Source: Opitutales bacterium
Lineage (GTDB): Bacteria; Verrucomicrobiota; Verrucomicrobiia; Opitutales; PNEW01
NCBI GenBank assembly: GCA_965197745.1
Contig: CBDANS010000007.1
Span: forward strand, 242,985 to 306,984
Length of the DNA stretch: 64,000 bases
Direction: 5' to 3'
Program-made: the position numbers and the translations under genes
Shown here: piece after piece, positions 48,494 to 58,144 of the stretch
Position numbering within the stretch: the first letter of the stretch is position 1
How the letters are laid out: each line of letters begins with the position of its first letter
Notes under the pieces: generated by a model
Database searches by the model: none
What the model saw: the letters and a program-made list of their open reading frames with translations, nothing else
Told to the model about the DNA's origin: nothing

Positions 48494-49675
48494 TTAATGT
48501 TCAGCACTTTGGCTACCAGTGTGCTGTGCATGACTGGTCGTAAAACGCATCTTTATTCGCTCCCATAATTTAGCAACCACAAAGAGCGGTATTTGCCATG
48601 GGTTTTTTAAACCCCAGATATCCTGAAGGTAACCGGGAAATCCAAAAATCTTTTGTCGTAAACTGCTATTTTTTACCAGTCTTAAATAATTAAAACAGTG
48701 CCCGGGAAATACACCTAAGATACCAATTGGTTTATCTTTAAGGCGATATTCCATGCGTTCGATTAAGGGATGGGGAACATCATCGAGGGTTTCCAGAACC
48801 CACGGGGGCACCGAGACGTTAAAGTTCATTTTTATATAATTTAAGGTGTCCCTTAGGGGTAGGGTAAGCCAACGATTAGTGGCTTGCCTCACGAGGCGAT
48901 CCCAGTCTACTTCAGCAGATGATGTTCTGAAAATAATCATGGCATCAGCTATCCAGCGAATGGGCGGAGTCAGATTCCACCTGGCCCCATGAACACAAAC
49001 ATGAAAAAGCAGATCGGTGGCATTTTCACATCGAGTGGGTACACCCACAAAATCTGTTTCGACGGATCCAGACCAGACAGGATCGTCAGCGTGAGGTTGT
49101 CGGCCCTGGGGAAAAAGATACCAGTGCACGTCGATTGCCTGTCCGCGTTCATTGACAAATGATCCCGCATTGCTGCGACTGAGTATCTTGTCGATGGTCA
49201 TCCATTCATCTTTTAAGTGCCACCTATTATCTAATAACAGATTGATAGCCTCTTTGGCTTTCGAGACTGGGATTAATATATCGATATCGTCCATGGGACG
49301 TAAGCCGTGATCACGATAGTGCATCAGGACCAACGCTCCTCCTTTTAAAATCATGGTCTCAATCCCTTTTTGCTGCAGGGCTTCTAGAAGCGGAGCGGTT
49401 TGATGAAAGAGTAACTGATTTTGGGCCCAATGATAGCGGTAGACTCCTTTCATCTTTTTCATCATAGGATCATCAATTCCTGCTTGGGTCAGGTTGTGAT
49501 GAAGAAGGGGCAACAACCGATGGGAACCGGGATCTAATTTTTCAATGTCAATTTTTGATCTCCACGAGTACCAGGCGCTTTCCACTTCATCCTTGCTCAG
49601 TAGGCAGGCCCGAAGCATTAACTCCTGTTCCTGGTTCGGCCAGAAACCCTTCGCCTTAATCTTTTTCCCCCTCAC
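48494..49675 (-). CDS. Nucleotidyltransferase family protein (NTP_transf_5 / PF14907-like)
   Basis: 393 aa. ILKGGALVLMHYRDHGLRPMDDIDILIP (Pol-beta-type NTase G..(D/E)xD core). The start overlaps the upstream GT2 stop by 4 nt. Confidence 0.7.
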   Translation of the reverse strand: MRGKKIKAKGFWPNQEQELMLRACLLSKDEVESAWYSWRSKIDIEKLDPGSHRLLPLLHHNLTQAGIDDPMMKKMKGVYRYHWAQNQLLFHQTAPLLEALQQKGIETMILKGGALVLMHYRDHGLRPMDDIDILIPVSKAKEAINLLLDNRWHLKDEWMTIDKILSRSNAGSFVNERGQAIDVHWYLFPQGRQPHADDPVWSGSVETDFVGVPTRCENATDLLFHVCVHGARWNLTPPIRWIADAMIIFRTSSAEVDWDRLVRQATNRWLTLPLRDTLNYIKMNFNVSVPPWVLETLDDVPHPLIERMEYRLKDKPIGILGVFPGHCFNYLRLVKNSSLRQKIFGFPGYLQDIWGLKNPWQIPLFVVAKLWERIKMRFTTSHAQHTGSQSAEH

Positions 49676-50373
49676 TCTGAAGCTCTACCTTGCTCTTTTC
49701 GCCTGCGATCGAGAGATGCTTTTATAATATTAGTAAACTCGGTAATTGAATCGCGTTTGTGCAGCATCGTATTAGACGTATGCAATCTTCGGCGCATGAC
49801 CAAATCGGGTATTACATTTATCTTGAGATCAAGTTCTTTGGCACGTAGGTACCAGCTCATAAATTCTCCAACCCCTAATTGCGTTTCAAATAATCCTACG
49901 CGAAAAAAAGCATCTCGTTTTACTAACATCGTGCCACAATGAATGCCCGCGATCACCTCATCAGGACAGTATAATTTTTTTTTCGCCTCACCATCTAAAT
50001 CCGGGCTTATAAACTGTTCCAGATGTCCAAATGCAATATCCAAAGTGAGATCAGCGTTGAAGGCCTCAATTTGCAAAGATAGCTTATCTTTTGTCCATAA
50101 ATCATCACCATCAAGAAATGCTAATAAATTTCCGTTTGCCTTTTCCACCCCAAGATTGCGAGCCGCGGCGATTCCTGCGTTAGGTTGAAAATAATAGTTT
50201 AGAGCATCCCCATAAGATTGGGCAATTTTTGCGCTATCGTCAGACGAACCGTCATCAATGACAATAGTTTCATACGGTTGAGAGGTTTGATTGAGTACGC
50301 TTTCTATTGATTCCGCGAAGTAATTTTCGCCGTTGTAGATGGGAATGATAACGCTAACCCGAGGCTTATCCAT
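49672..50373 (-). CDS. Family 2 glycosyltransferase
   Basis: VSVIIPIYNGENYFAESIESVLNQT and a DxD motif (FLDGDD). The preferred ATG 50373 overlaps the upstream stop (ATGGATAA, 8 nt). Confidence 0.85.
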   Translation of the reverse strand: MDKPRVSVIIPIYNGENYFAESIESVLNQTSQPYETIVIDDGSSDDSAKIAQSYGDALNYYFQPNAGIAAARNLGVEKANGNLLAFLDGDDLWTKDKLSLQIEAFNADLTLDIAFGHLEQFISPDLDGEAKKKLYCPDEVIAGIHCGTMLVKRDAFFRVGLFETQLGVGEFMSWYLRAKELDLKINVIPDLVMRRRLHTSNTMLHKRDSITEFTNIIKASLDRRRKEQGRASE

Positions 50374-51154
50374 TATGATGAGGGCCTTTTCCTGCCTCTT
50401 TTTGACGATCTTTGCTCGTGGCGACAAGAAAGTTGGATAGACTGGGTAGGGATGTCGCTTTACCCTTACTTTGTTTGCGGCGACGGTCTAATGATTTTTT
50501 TATCACTTCCATCAAATTTAATTCCTGCCAGTGGTTTATTTTTTGAGTGGTATTATTCTCGTGTCTTCGATAGAGCAGTGAAACCTGGGGCACGGTGATG
50601 ATCTTTACGCCACTTTCTCTGAAGCGAAAAAACCAATCTACATCTTCGCTCAAACGAAGGTCTGAATTAAATAAACCAATATTTTCAAAAACTGATTTTT
50701 TAACGATATAACTGCCCATGAGGGGAGCGAGAATGGGTTCACCCAGATTCTCAAACTCTATTTTTTCATCGTCGATCTGAACTTCGCGCACAAGCTGAGT
50801 TTGTCCCATTACTAAATCGACTTCGGAGTCGTCAAAATAGGGGAGTTGCCGTGATAAATTATTGGATGCCCACATGTCGTCCGCATCCAGAAATCCAATA
50901 ATTTTACTTCGTGAAATACTAAACCCGTGATTGCGTGCAGCCGCGGCCCCCTGGTTCTCCTGGTAAATATATTTAATGCCTTCACTAAATGACCTGGCAA
51001 TCTCTCCGGTTTTATCGGTCGAACCATCATCGACAATAATAATTTCCAGGGAAGAGTGTTTTTGTTGAAAGATACTATTCAGGGCGGTAGGGAGTACCCT
51101 TTCTCCATTATAAACGGGTATTATAACACTGATCGATGGCGGCTCAACGGACAT
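50366..51154 (-). CDS. Family 2 glycosyltransferase
   Basis: ISVIIPVYNGERVLPTALNSIFQQ and a DxD motif (FLDADD). The start overlaps the upstream kinase-like gene by 11 nt. Confidence 0.85.
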   Translation of the reverse strand: MSVEPPSISVIIPVYNGERVLPTALNSIFQQKHSSLEIIIVDDGSTDKTGEIARSFSEGIKYIYQENQGAAAARNHGFSISRSKIIGFLDADDMWASNNLSRQLPYFDDSEVDLVMGQTQLVREVQIDDEKIEFENLGEPILAPLMGSYIVKKSVFENIGLFNSDLRLSEDVDWFFRFRESGVKIITVPQVSLLYRRHENNTTQKINHWQELNLMEVIKKSLDRRRKQSKGKATSLPSLSNFLVATSKDRQKEAGKGPHHNG

Positions 51155-52253
51155 TAATATTTTCAGTAAGGAGTTGTGTAATCACTTCTGGTATGGTGGA
51201 TAGGTTTGTGCCCAGTTCCAGTTGATAAGATTGAACTTTTGTAACCAGATTTGCCATCGTGCGAAAAGCCTGTTCACCGGCGCCGGGTAATTGAAAAATC
51301 GTGCTCGGCGCCAGTTCTCTTAATGCCATGGCTGGAGTCGTCTTAGAAAATTTGGATGCGGATAACCCCGTGATTCGTGGTAAAAGTATCGCTTTTATCG
51401 GCAGATTGGAAGTGAATTGTCGTTCGTAGTTATCATATAAATACAATAGCGCTTTCTCATCCAATGCTCCATCGTCATTAATAATGTTCTGCTTAAGATG
51501 AGTGAATCTTTGTAAATTGTCTGGTTTTAGTTTTGCCACACAATAAAGACTAAATACCTCGGGAGTTTTTTCAGTGCTGATAAGAGAATAGTCATCACCA
51601 AGATATAATAATCCAGCATCGAGGCATGCCAAGGAAGAGGACGATTTACCCGAACCACCTTTACCTACCAACAAAACTGCACCTTCTCGTGTTCCTACCG
51701 CCGCAGCATGCATGATCTGTCGTTGATGGTTACTTAGCCATAAGTGAAGTATGGTACGAAGGGGATAAGCCATTTCATAATAGGCAATACGCGATGCATC
51801 CGCGGCCCAGAAAATTGCAACATTTTCCTTCATATCAATAATACTAAGGATGTTACTATCAATTTGAAATACCGTATGAATCCTGGCGTTGTTGTTATAT
51901 TTAATTTCTTCTCGAGGTGAGTAATCGTCGCTATGCCAGGGAGGGGTGGGCATGGAAATGCCTGATGATTTACTGTCCCACAAGTAAATAGTAAGCGATT
52001 TTTTCGGGGTGGGAGCTGTCCTCAAGTGGGAGAGCGCCAGGGTGGTTGGGGTAACCAAGGTTCGACCCGCAAACTGTAGTAAAATATTGTATCCTCCCAC
52101 CTCATAATATTGGTCAATAACCTCTCCTTCATTTTCTTTCGCACGATTAAAATTTGCGCGTGCGATTTTGAAATATTCTAACGGTCTAAAGTTGCTTTTG
52201 TCCTCAGCCCCGTTTTCAGTTTTCAATGGGGACATCTTCTCGGAATTCGGCAT
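51144..52253 (-). CDS. HprK-related P-loop kinase-like protein (HPr kinase C-terminal-domain homologue)
   Basis: 369 aa. AVLLVGKGGSGKSSSSLACLDAGLLYLGDDYSLI parallels the HprK motif GxSGxGKSE..L.L...GH.LVADD. Confidence 0.7.
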   Translation of the reverse strand: MPNSEKMSPLKTENGAEDKSNFRPLEYFKIARANFNRAKENEGEVIDQYYEVGGYNILLQFAGRTLVTPTTLALSHLRTAPTPKKSLTIYLWDSKSSGISMPTPPWHSDDYSPREEIKYNNNARIHTVFQIDSNILSIIDMKENVAIFWAADASRIAYYEMAYPLRTILHLWLSNHQRQIMHAAAVGTREGAVLLVGKGGSGKSSSSLACLDAGLLYLGDDYSLISTEKTPEVFSLYCVAKLKPDNLQRFTHLKQNIINDDGALDEKALLYLYDNYERQFTSNLPIKAILLPRITGLSASKFSKTTPAMALRELAPSTIFQLPGAGEQAFRTMANLVTKVQSYQLELGTNLSTIPEVITQLLTENINVR

Positions 52254-52283
52254 TTGCTTGGAATATAACCCGAATTTGTGGGG

Positions 52284-52739
52284 TCACTTTATTTCCTTAG
52301 GATTAGTTCGAGGCCATCCCATTTCGTCAACTTCGTGGATGGGGTCGATGAGCAGGAGCTCCTGCATGTCCGTAAATTTTTGTAATGTTGGTCTTTCAAA
52401 TGGAAGTTTATCAATATTTTTATCATCTGTTGAATTTTCATCGGGTGAAGATTGATCGTCATTATTAATCTCTGAAGATGTAACTAACGAATCATTTTTA
52501 AGTTCATCAACGAATCGGGTAACTTCATCATTAATATTAATCCCATTGCTTAAATATTCTTTATTCAAAGTATTGACGATGTAATCTACGGTGGTCGTAT
52601 TTTCCAGGAGGTTCCATATGCGAACGCCGACATTGAGCAAACTGTAATAATCTCCAGTATTAAGATTGATAATGACAACTTCACCTTCGATATTCTGGTG
52701 AACAATGTTGGGCTGATTAATTTGAAATTGTGGGGGCAT
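52284..52739 (-). CDS. PqqD-family peptide-binding (RRE) protein with a long acidic C-terminal extension
   Basis: The N-terminal ~90 aa, IEGEVVIINLNTGDYYSLLNVGVRIWNLLENTTTVDYIVNTLNKEY, is the PqqD / RiPP-recognition-element pattern. The C-terminal ~60 aa is Asp/Ser/Asn-rich and ends LLLIDPIHEVDEMGWPRTNPKEIK. Confidence 0.75.
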   Translation of the reverse strand: MPPQFQINQPNIVHQNIEGEVVIINLNTGDYYSLLNVGVRIWNLLENTTTVDYIVNTLNKEYLSNGININDEVTRFVDELKNDSLVTSSEINNDDQSSPDENSTDDKNIDKLPFERPTLQKFTDMQELLLIDPIHEVDEMGWPRTNPKEIK

Positions 52740-52923
52740 TGTTGAATTAATTTCTAGAACAGAAAATAAATAAATAATATATTGAATTATGAATTAGTTT
52801 GGTTGCCCATAATATATGATCTCCTTACTTAATCAATTTATAAATCTTATCCATTATATAAAAATGATAACCTGCTTTCCCTGTAGTCATGTCATCATAT
52901 AAAATACCTCTATCTTGATCAAG

Positions 52924-54123
52924 ATGGCAGAGATGAAGGTCATACGTAAAATCATGCGTGATCCGCTGATTTTACCTGTTTACCTTCCTTCATTAATGGG
53001 TGCATTCAGCAGCGGTCTGCTCGTTCCGATTATCCCGCTTTATATTGTAAGCTTTGATGTTTCATACGGCCTGGTCGGATTGGCTCTTGCCAGTCAAAGT
53101 ATTGGGACGATGTTGTGCGATGTTCCGAGCGGGTTGCTCTTGAGAAAATTTGGGGTAAAACGTTCAATGCTTGTGGGGATTGCCTTTATCACGCTTTCAA
53201 CCTTCGCTCTTTATTGGTCCACCAACATTATCGAGGTTATAGCCCTACGCCTTTCTTCCGGATTGGGAATGGCGCTATATGGTATCGCCAGACATAACTA
53301 TATAGCCGAAACTATTGTTATTAACTACCGCGGTCGGGCCAGTGCCCTCTTTGGTGGCGTTAATCGGGTGGGAAAGTTTACGGGGCCTGCGATAGGTGGA
53401 TTTGTGGCTGCTGCTTTCGGTTTGCAAACCGTCTTTATTCTTTTCAGTGCTGTTTTTATATTTATATTTATCATTGTCACAGTCGTCGTAGACGAAAAAT
53501 ACTCAGCTTCCATTAAATCCACCACGCTGCATGGCAATAGCATATACAAAACGCTGAAATCAGAGTACCGCATTCTCCTAACAGCCGGGCTTGGGCAGCT
53601 TTTTGCACAGATGATTCGGGCGGGAGTGATTGTGGTTATTCCTCTTTATGCTGCTGAAGTAATCGGTCTTAAAGTAGAGGTTATCGGGCTCATCGTCAGT
53701 ATTGCCGCAGCGGTAGACATGTCTTTATTTTATCCTGCCGGATTGCTTATGGACCGCCTCGGGAGAAAATATGCGATCATTCCTTGTTTTTTTATCCAGG
53801 CCGTTGGATTGGGACTATTGCCGTTCACCGATAGCTATAACACGCTTTTAATAGTCGCTGTCTTAATCAGTATTGGAAACGGTCTTGGCTCGGGAACAAT
53901 GCTCACATTGGGAACAGATTTCGCTCCAGAAAATTCACGCGCTGAGTTTCTCAGCCTCTGGCGATTTATTCATTCTGTGGGACAAACCGGTGCTCCTGTG
54001 CTTATCGGTACCGTCGCGGCCATTATTACGATGCAGGCCGCAGTGTGGTCAATATCCGCCACCGGTCTTCTCGCGGTATTTATATTTGCTTTTCATGTCC
54101 CGGAGACCCTTAAAAGAAAATAA
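52924..54123 (+). CDS. MFS transporter
   Basis: About 12 TM helices, with a loop 2-3 motif LLLRKFGVKRSM (MFS D/G-R-x-G-R-K/R-like). I prefer ATG 52924 over TTG 52915. Confidence 0.75.
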   Translation: MAEMKVIRKIMRDPLILPVYLPSLMGAFSSGLLVPIIPLYIVSFDVSYGLVGLALASQSIGTMLCDVPSGLLLRKFGVKRSMLVGIAFITLSTFALYWSTNIIEVIALRLSSGLGMALYGIARHNYIAETIVINYRGRASALFGGVNRVGKFTGPAIGGFVAAAFGLQTVFILFSAVFIFIFIIVTVVVDEKYSASIKSTTLHGNSIYKTLKSEYRILLTAGLGQLFAQMIRAGVIVVIPLYAAEVIGLKVEVIGLIVSIAAAVDMSLFYPAGLLMDRLGRKYAIIPCFFIQAVGLGLLPFTDSYNTLLIVAVLISIGNGLGSGTMLTLGTDFAPENSRAEFLSLWRFIHSVGQTGAPVLIGTVAAIITMQAAVWSISATGLLAVFIFAFHVPETLKRK

Positions 54124-54179
54124 GGAGCAGGGTCTTCTGCAATTTGCTAAATAATAATTCTGAATTCCCGATTAATATA

Positions 54180-54563
54180 TCATTCTTCTAAGAATTTTTC
54201 GTAATCGGGTGCAGAAAGAAGGGACTCGTTTTCGTCTTCATCAGAAATTTTAATTTTAATCAACCATCCCCCTTCATAAGGTTCATCATTTGCCAGCTCG
54301 GGTGCGCTTTCCAGTTCGCCGTTAACCTCTTGAATATCACCGCTGACCGGCATATAAAGGTCAGAAGCGGCTTTAACCGATTCAATTACGCCAAAAGTGT
54401 CCCCTTCTTTAAAAGAGCTTCCAGGTGAGGGTAATTCGATAAAAGTTATATCACCGAGACTTTCCTGAGCAAAATCGGTGATGCCAATAATACCTATACC
54501 ATTCACAATTTTTATCCATTCGTGTTCCTGGGTATACTTAAGTTCTGTGGGTATCTTACTCAT
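54180..54563 (-). CDS. gcvH: Glycine cleavage system protein H
   Basis: MSKIPTELKYTQEHEWIKI... and the lipoyl-lysine motif GVIESVKAASDLY. 127 aa from ATG 54563. The track ORF start at 54635 would overlap gcvT. Confidence 0.92.
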   Translation of the reverse strand: MSKIPTELKYTQEHEWIKIVNGIGIIGITDFAQESLGDITFIELPSPGSSFKEGDTFGVIESVKAASDLYMPVSGDIQEVNGELESAPELANDEPYEGGWLIKIKISDEDENESLLSAPDYEKFLEE

Positions 54564-54591
54564 AAATTTTAAAAAAAACTGGTGTGAAATA

Positions 54592-55692
54592 TCAGGTCTT
54601 ATCTCCTTTATGCAATGGAGGTATTGCGCGTTCAAGTTTTATCTGATTGCCGCGCAAGTCGACGTAGAGTTTATCCGCATTGATGTCACCGGTGTTGATC
54701 AGAGCGGAACCTATGGGTTGATTTATTATCGGTGACATTGTGCCAGAGACGACCTCACCAACTTGCTCACCCTCAAAGTAGACGGGCGATCCACGGCGCG
54801 CGATGCGCCGATCATTTAACTTAAAATAGATTAATTGTCTTCGAGAACCGTTAGCTTTTTCTTTTTCAAGAGCACTGCGGCCGATAAAATTATCGGCTTT
54901 TGAAAATTTAACGGTCCAACCGAGACCGGCCTCCAGGGGTGAAATAGTATCACTTATTTCATGACCATAAAGCGACAATCCCGCTTCCAGGCGCAGGCTG
55001 TCACGCGCGCCGAGTCCGCATAACTGGAGTCCGTAACTATTTCCCCTTTTATCTAAGGCGCGGGCAACCCTATCAGCATCCTCCGTTTGGCAATAAATTT
55101 CGTATCCGTTTTCTCCCGTGTACCCGGTACGGCTTATCATTACTTCGGCCCCATCAACTTTATCTTCGACTAAACGAAAACGCTTTAGTCTGCTAAGGTC
55201 AAAGGTGGTGAATGTATTTAATAATGATTCGGCCTTGGGCCCTTGTAAAGCGAGGAGCGCGTATTGAGATGAGACATCATTTACTTCGCATTGATAATTT
55301 TCGGCATGCTTAAGCATCCATCTTACATCTTTTTCCGTGTTGTCCGCATTAACACAGAGAAAAAAAACATCATATTTGAAACGGTAGATGATGACATCAT
55401 CGACGACGCTACCGTTTTCATTGCATAACATGCTGTAAAGGGCTTTACCGTCTATGAGTGATGTAAGATCATTGGTGGCAATATAATTTAAATATTTTTC
55501 GGCGTCGACGCCTGAGACCTTTACTTCACCCATATGGCTTACATCGAAAAGACCAAGGGATTGGCGAACGGCTCGGTGTTCTTCGAGAATACTTGTGTAC
55601 TGCACCGGCATTTCCCAGCCCGCGAAGGGAACAAAACGTGCCCCATTTTCCTCGTGAAATAAGTGCAGTGGCGATTTTTTCAGTTCAGACAT
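54592..55692 (-). CDS. gcvT: Glycine cleavage system aminomethyltransferase T
   Basis: 366 aa. [52 protein letters not shown] is canonical GcvT. Confidence 0.95.
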   Translation of the reverse strand: MSELKKSPLHLFHEENGARFVPFAGWEMPVQYTSILEEHRAVRQSLGLFDVSHMGEVKVSGVDAEKYLNYIATNDLTSLIDGKALYSMLCNENGSVVDDVIIYRFKYDVFFLCVNADNTEKDVRWMLKHAENYQCEVNDVSSQYALLALQGPKAESLLNTFTTFDLSRLKRFRLVEDKVDGAEVMISRTGYTGENGYEIYCQTEDADRVARALDKRGNSYGLQLCGLGARDSLRLEAGLSLYGHEISDTISPLEAGLGWTVKFSKADNFIGRSALEKEKANGSRRQLIYFKLNDRRIARRGSPVYFEGEQVGEVVSGTMSPIINQPIGSALINTGDINADKLYVDLRGNQIKLERAIPPLHKGDKT

Positions 55693-56131
55693 CTCTTACT
55701 CTGTAAGTTCGGTAAATTATTGGAAGGGGTGGCACTTTTAAATGTTTCGGATATTCTGAGGTCAAGGATTAAGACAGTATTGCTGTATGATAAATGACAT
55801 TAGCCGATGTACTGAAAGTAATTCTTGAAATGTACAGTTATTAATACATATTAAAAGGATTGAAGATAGCCGAATTGATGAAAGTTAACGGATACCGACA
55901 TCGTTCTTATGACAGGATCGGGTTACGGCAAAATAACTCCGGGAGTCGTGATTGCTCATTAATTTCGCAACTAAGAGGAATTGCTGCTATCGTTTAGTCC
56001 CGTTAATACCCCTGGGGTGATTATAAGCGGCATTTGCCCACTGCTATAATCACTATACCCGATTAATGAATACCGTATGGCCAATTTCACCTTAACATAG
56101 CATTACAGGAGATTCTGAATCGCCGACAACG

Positions 56132-57277
56132 ATGTGGGCGCATTTATGGCGATCACACAGTGCGGCGCAAAAATATATGACCCCATTGATAGTAGCCATA
56201 ACCTTTACTCTCGGAGTTTCCGCGTTCTGTTCTTTAATGGAAGCTTTTATTCTCAGTACTACCACCGCGGAAATTGAAAGCCTCAAGCAAAGTTATCCCA
56301 AGCGAGGGCACCTTCTCGATAAATACAAGAATGACATTGAGGAGACAACATCGGCCATTCTTACCCTCAATACCATTGCCAATACCCTGGGTGCCACCCT
56401 CGTCGGCGTCCTCGCTGGTAAACTATTTGATAAGTTCTGGGTAGGTGTTATTTCCGGGGGACTGGTCCTGGGAATACTCATTTTTTCTGAAGTTATTCCG
56501 AAAAATCTGGGGGTAATTTACCGGAAGCAATTGCAAAAGAATCTTGTTTACCCCTTGCGTATGGTGAGATGGGTAATGATACCGTTCTCTTTCTTATGTA
56601 AGTTTTCGGTGCGTCTTATTATTCGAAAAAAGCCTACCATGAGTACTACGGAGCAAGAGCGTGAAATTTTACTGCTAGCTGAAAAAAGCGCTAAGGAGGG
56701 TTCCCTCTCTCACAATGAGAGTAATATGATCCATAATGCCCTTAGCCTTGATGACATCCTGATCAGCGACATTATGACGCCGCGTACCGTGGTAACCGCA
56801 ATGGATCAGAATCTTACAATCGAGAATGTCTTTCGAAACCATAAAAATATACCCTTTGCGCGCATCCCCGTTTACGATGAGACGATCGATAATATTGTAG
56901 GCGTTGTTCGCCGCCGTGATCTTCTTCAGGCGCGTGCGGATGACCGTGATAACGTGACCGTTGCCGAACTGAAAGGGGAGGGCATCTTTGTCCCTGAAAC
57001 CGCAAACGCGGCTGACGCGCTGCAGCTGTTTCTCAAAAATCACCAGCAGCTGGGGGTGGTCGTCGATGAGTTTGGATCAACCGCGGGTGTTGTTGCGATG
57101 GAAGACATCGTGGAGCATATTCTCGGGCGTGAAATTTATGAAGAATCGGATATCGCGGTTGATATGCGGGCATTGGCACGCAGTAAAGCGCGAAATAATG
57201 AGCAAAATACACCCGAAGACAAAGCACGTCTTCCTCGTAGAACTAATCCGGCGACTATTCGTCGTCCGGCATCTTAA
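56132..57277 (+). CDS. CNNM/CorC-HlyC family transporter (DUF21 membrane domain plus CBS pair)
   Basis: N-terminal 4-TM DUF21 domain (SEVIPKNLG) and a CBS pair (DIMTPRTVVTAM..., VVDEFGSTAGVVAMEDIVEHILG). The start may instead be the internal Met at 56177. Confidence 0.8.
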   Translation: MWAHLWRSHSAAQKYMTPLIVAITFTLGVSAFCSLMEAFILSTTTAEIESLKQSYPKRGHLLDKYKNDIEETTSAILTLNTIANTLGATLVGVLAGKLFDKFWVGVISGGLVLGILIFSEVIPKNLGVIYRKQLQKNLVYPLRMVRWVMIPFSFLCKFSVRLIIRKKPTMSTTEQEREILLLAEKSAKEGSLSHNESNMIHNALSLDDILISDIMTPRTVVTAMDQNLTIENVFRNHKNIPFARIPVYDETIDNIVGVVRRRDLLQARADDRDNVTVAELKGEGIFVPETANAADALQLFLKNHQQLGVVVDEFGSTAGVVAMEDIVEHILGREIYEESDIAVDMRALARSKARNNEQNTPEDKARLPRRTNPATIRRPAS

Positions 57278-57301
57278 AAATCATTTTATTTAAAGTATAG
57301 G

Positions 57302-58144
57302 GTGCCAGCGACAAATCCAGGTGGAGCGCCGGATTACTGGGTGCATGATTTGGACCCTTTCCTATTGCGGTTCAGTGAAAATTTTGGACTGCGCTGGTAT
57401 GGATTCTCCTACATTCTGGGATTTGTCGCCGCCTATTTTCTACTGCGGCTATACTATCGTAACAACCGGTCGCCCTGGAATGCCGACCAGTCTCTCAATG
57501 CGATATACGCTATAGCTATCGGTATCATTATCGGAGGTCGGGTCGGCTACGTCTTACTCTATGATTTTCAGAATTTCGTTCATAATCCTTTATCATTATT
57601 CAAAGTCTGGGAAGGGGGTATGGCCAGTCATGGAGGATTTATCGGCCTGGCGCTTGCTCTTATATGGTTGGCGCGTAATACTGAGATCTCATTTCTCAAA
57701 GCAAGTGATATAATCGTTACCCTGGCCCCTCCAGGTCTGTTCTTCGGAAGGATAGCTAATTTTATTAACGGTGAACTCTGGGGTAAAATAACCGATGTAT
57801 CCTGGGCCGTCAAATTTCCCGCGAGTGCGCCACCTGGAACGCCGATTGAACTCATCTCCCCACGGCATCCTTCCCAATTATACGAAGCCGCACTCGAAGG
57901 TTTGTTCCTTTTAATCTACACGCAAGTTCGTTTCTGGTGGGGCAAGTCCGACAAAACGCATGACGGTCAAATCTGTGGTGAATTTTTACTTCTTTACGCC
58001 ATCGTTCGGATCATCGGTGAACAGTTCCGCGAACCCGATGCCGGCCTCATCCTCGGTCTCAGCCGTGGTGTGTTTTATTCTCTCTTTCTCGCCCTGGCGG
58101 GAATTGGATTTATCCTTGTCGCCCGCAGAAGAACAAGAAGTTAA
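57302..58144 (+). CDS. lgt: Prolipoprotein diacylglyceryl transferase
   Basis: WYGFSYILGF, VWEGGMASHGGFIGLALA, GRIANFINGELWGK. GTG start. Confidence 0.9.
   Translation: MPATNPGGAPDYWVHDLDPFLLRFSENFGLRWYGFSYILGFVAAYFLLRLYYRNNRSPWNADQSLNAIYAIAIGIIIGGRVGYVLLYDFQNFVHNPLSLFKVWEGGMASHGGFIGLALALIWLARNTEISFLKASDIIVTLAPPGLFFGRIANFINGELWGKITDVSWAVKFPASAPPGTPIELISPRHPSQLYEAALEGLFLLIYTQVRFWWGKSDKTHDGQICGEFLLLYAIVRIIGEQFREPDAGLILGLSRGVFYSLFLALAGIGFILVARRRTRS

Noticed and set aside
10393-55692. A glycine theme: a Gly-activating NRPS domain, glyQS and gcvTH in the same window.
   Set aside because: The genes are 20-40 kb apart, on different strands and in unrelated operons. glyQS and gcvTH are universal housekeeping genes, so this is most likely coincidence.
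55693-56131. A possible glycine riboswitch in the ~440-nt region upstream of gcvT.
   Set aside because: I reverse-complemented the region and looked for the conserved glycine-riboswitch elements (GGAGAG...CACCGAAGGGGCAA...CUCAGGCAAAAGGAC) and did not see them. An Infernal/Rfam scan would be decisive, but nothing visible supports the call.
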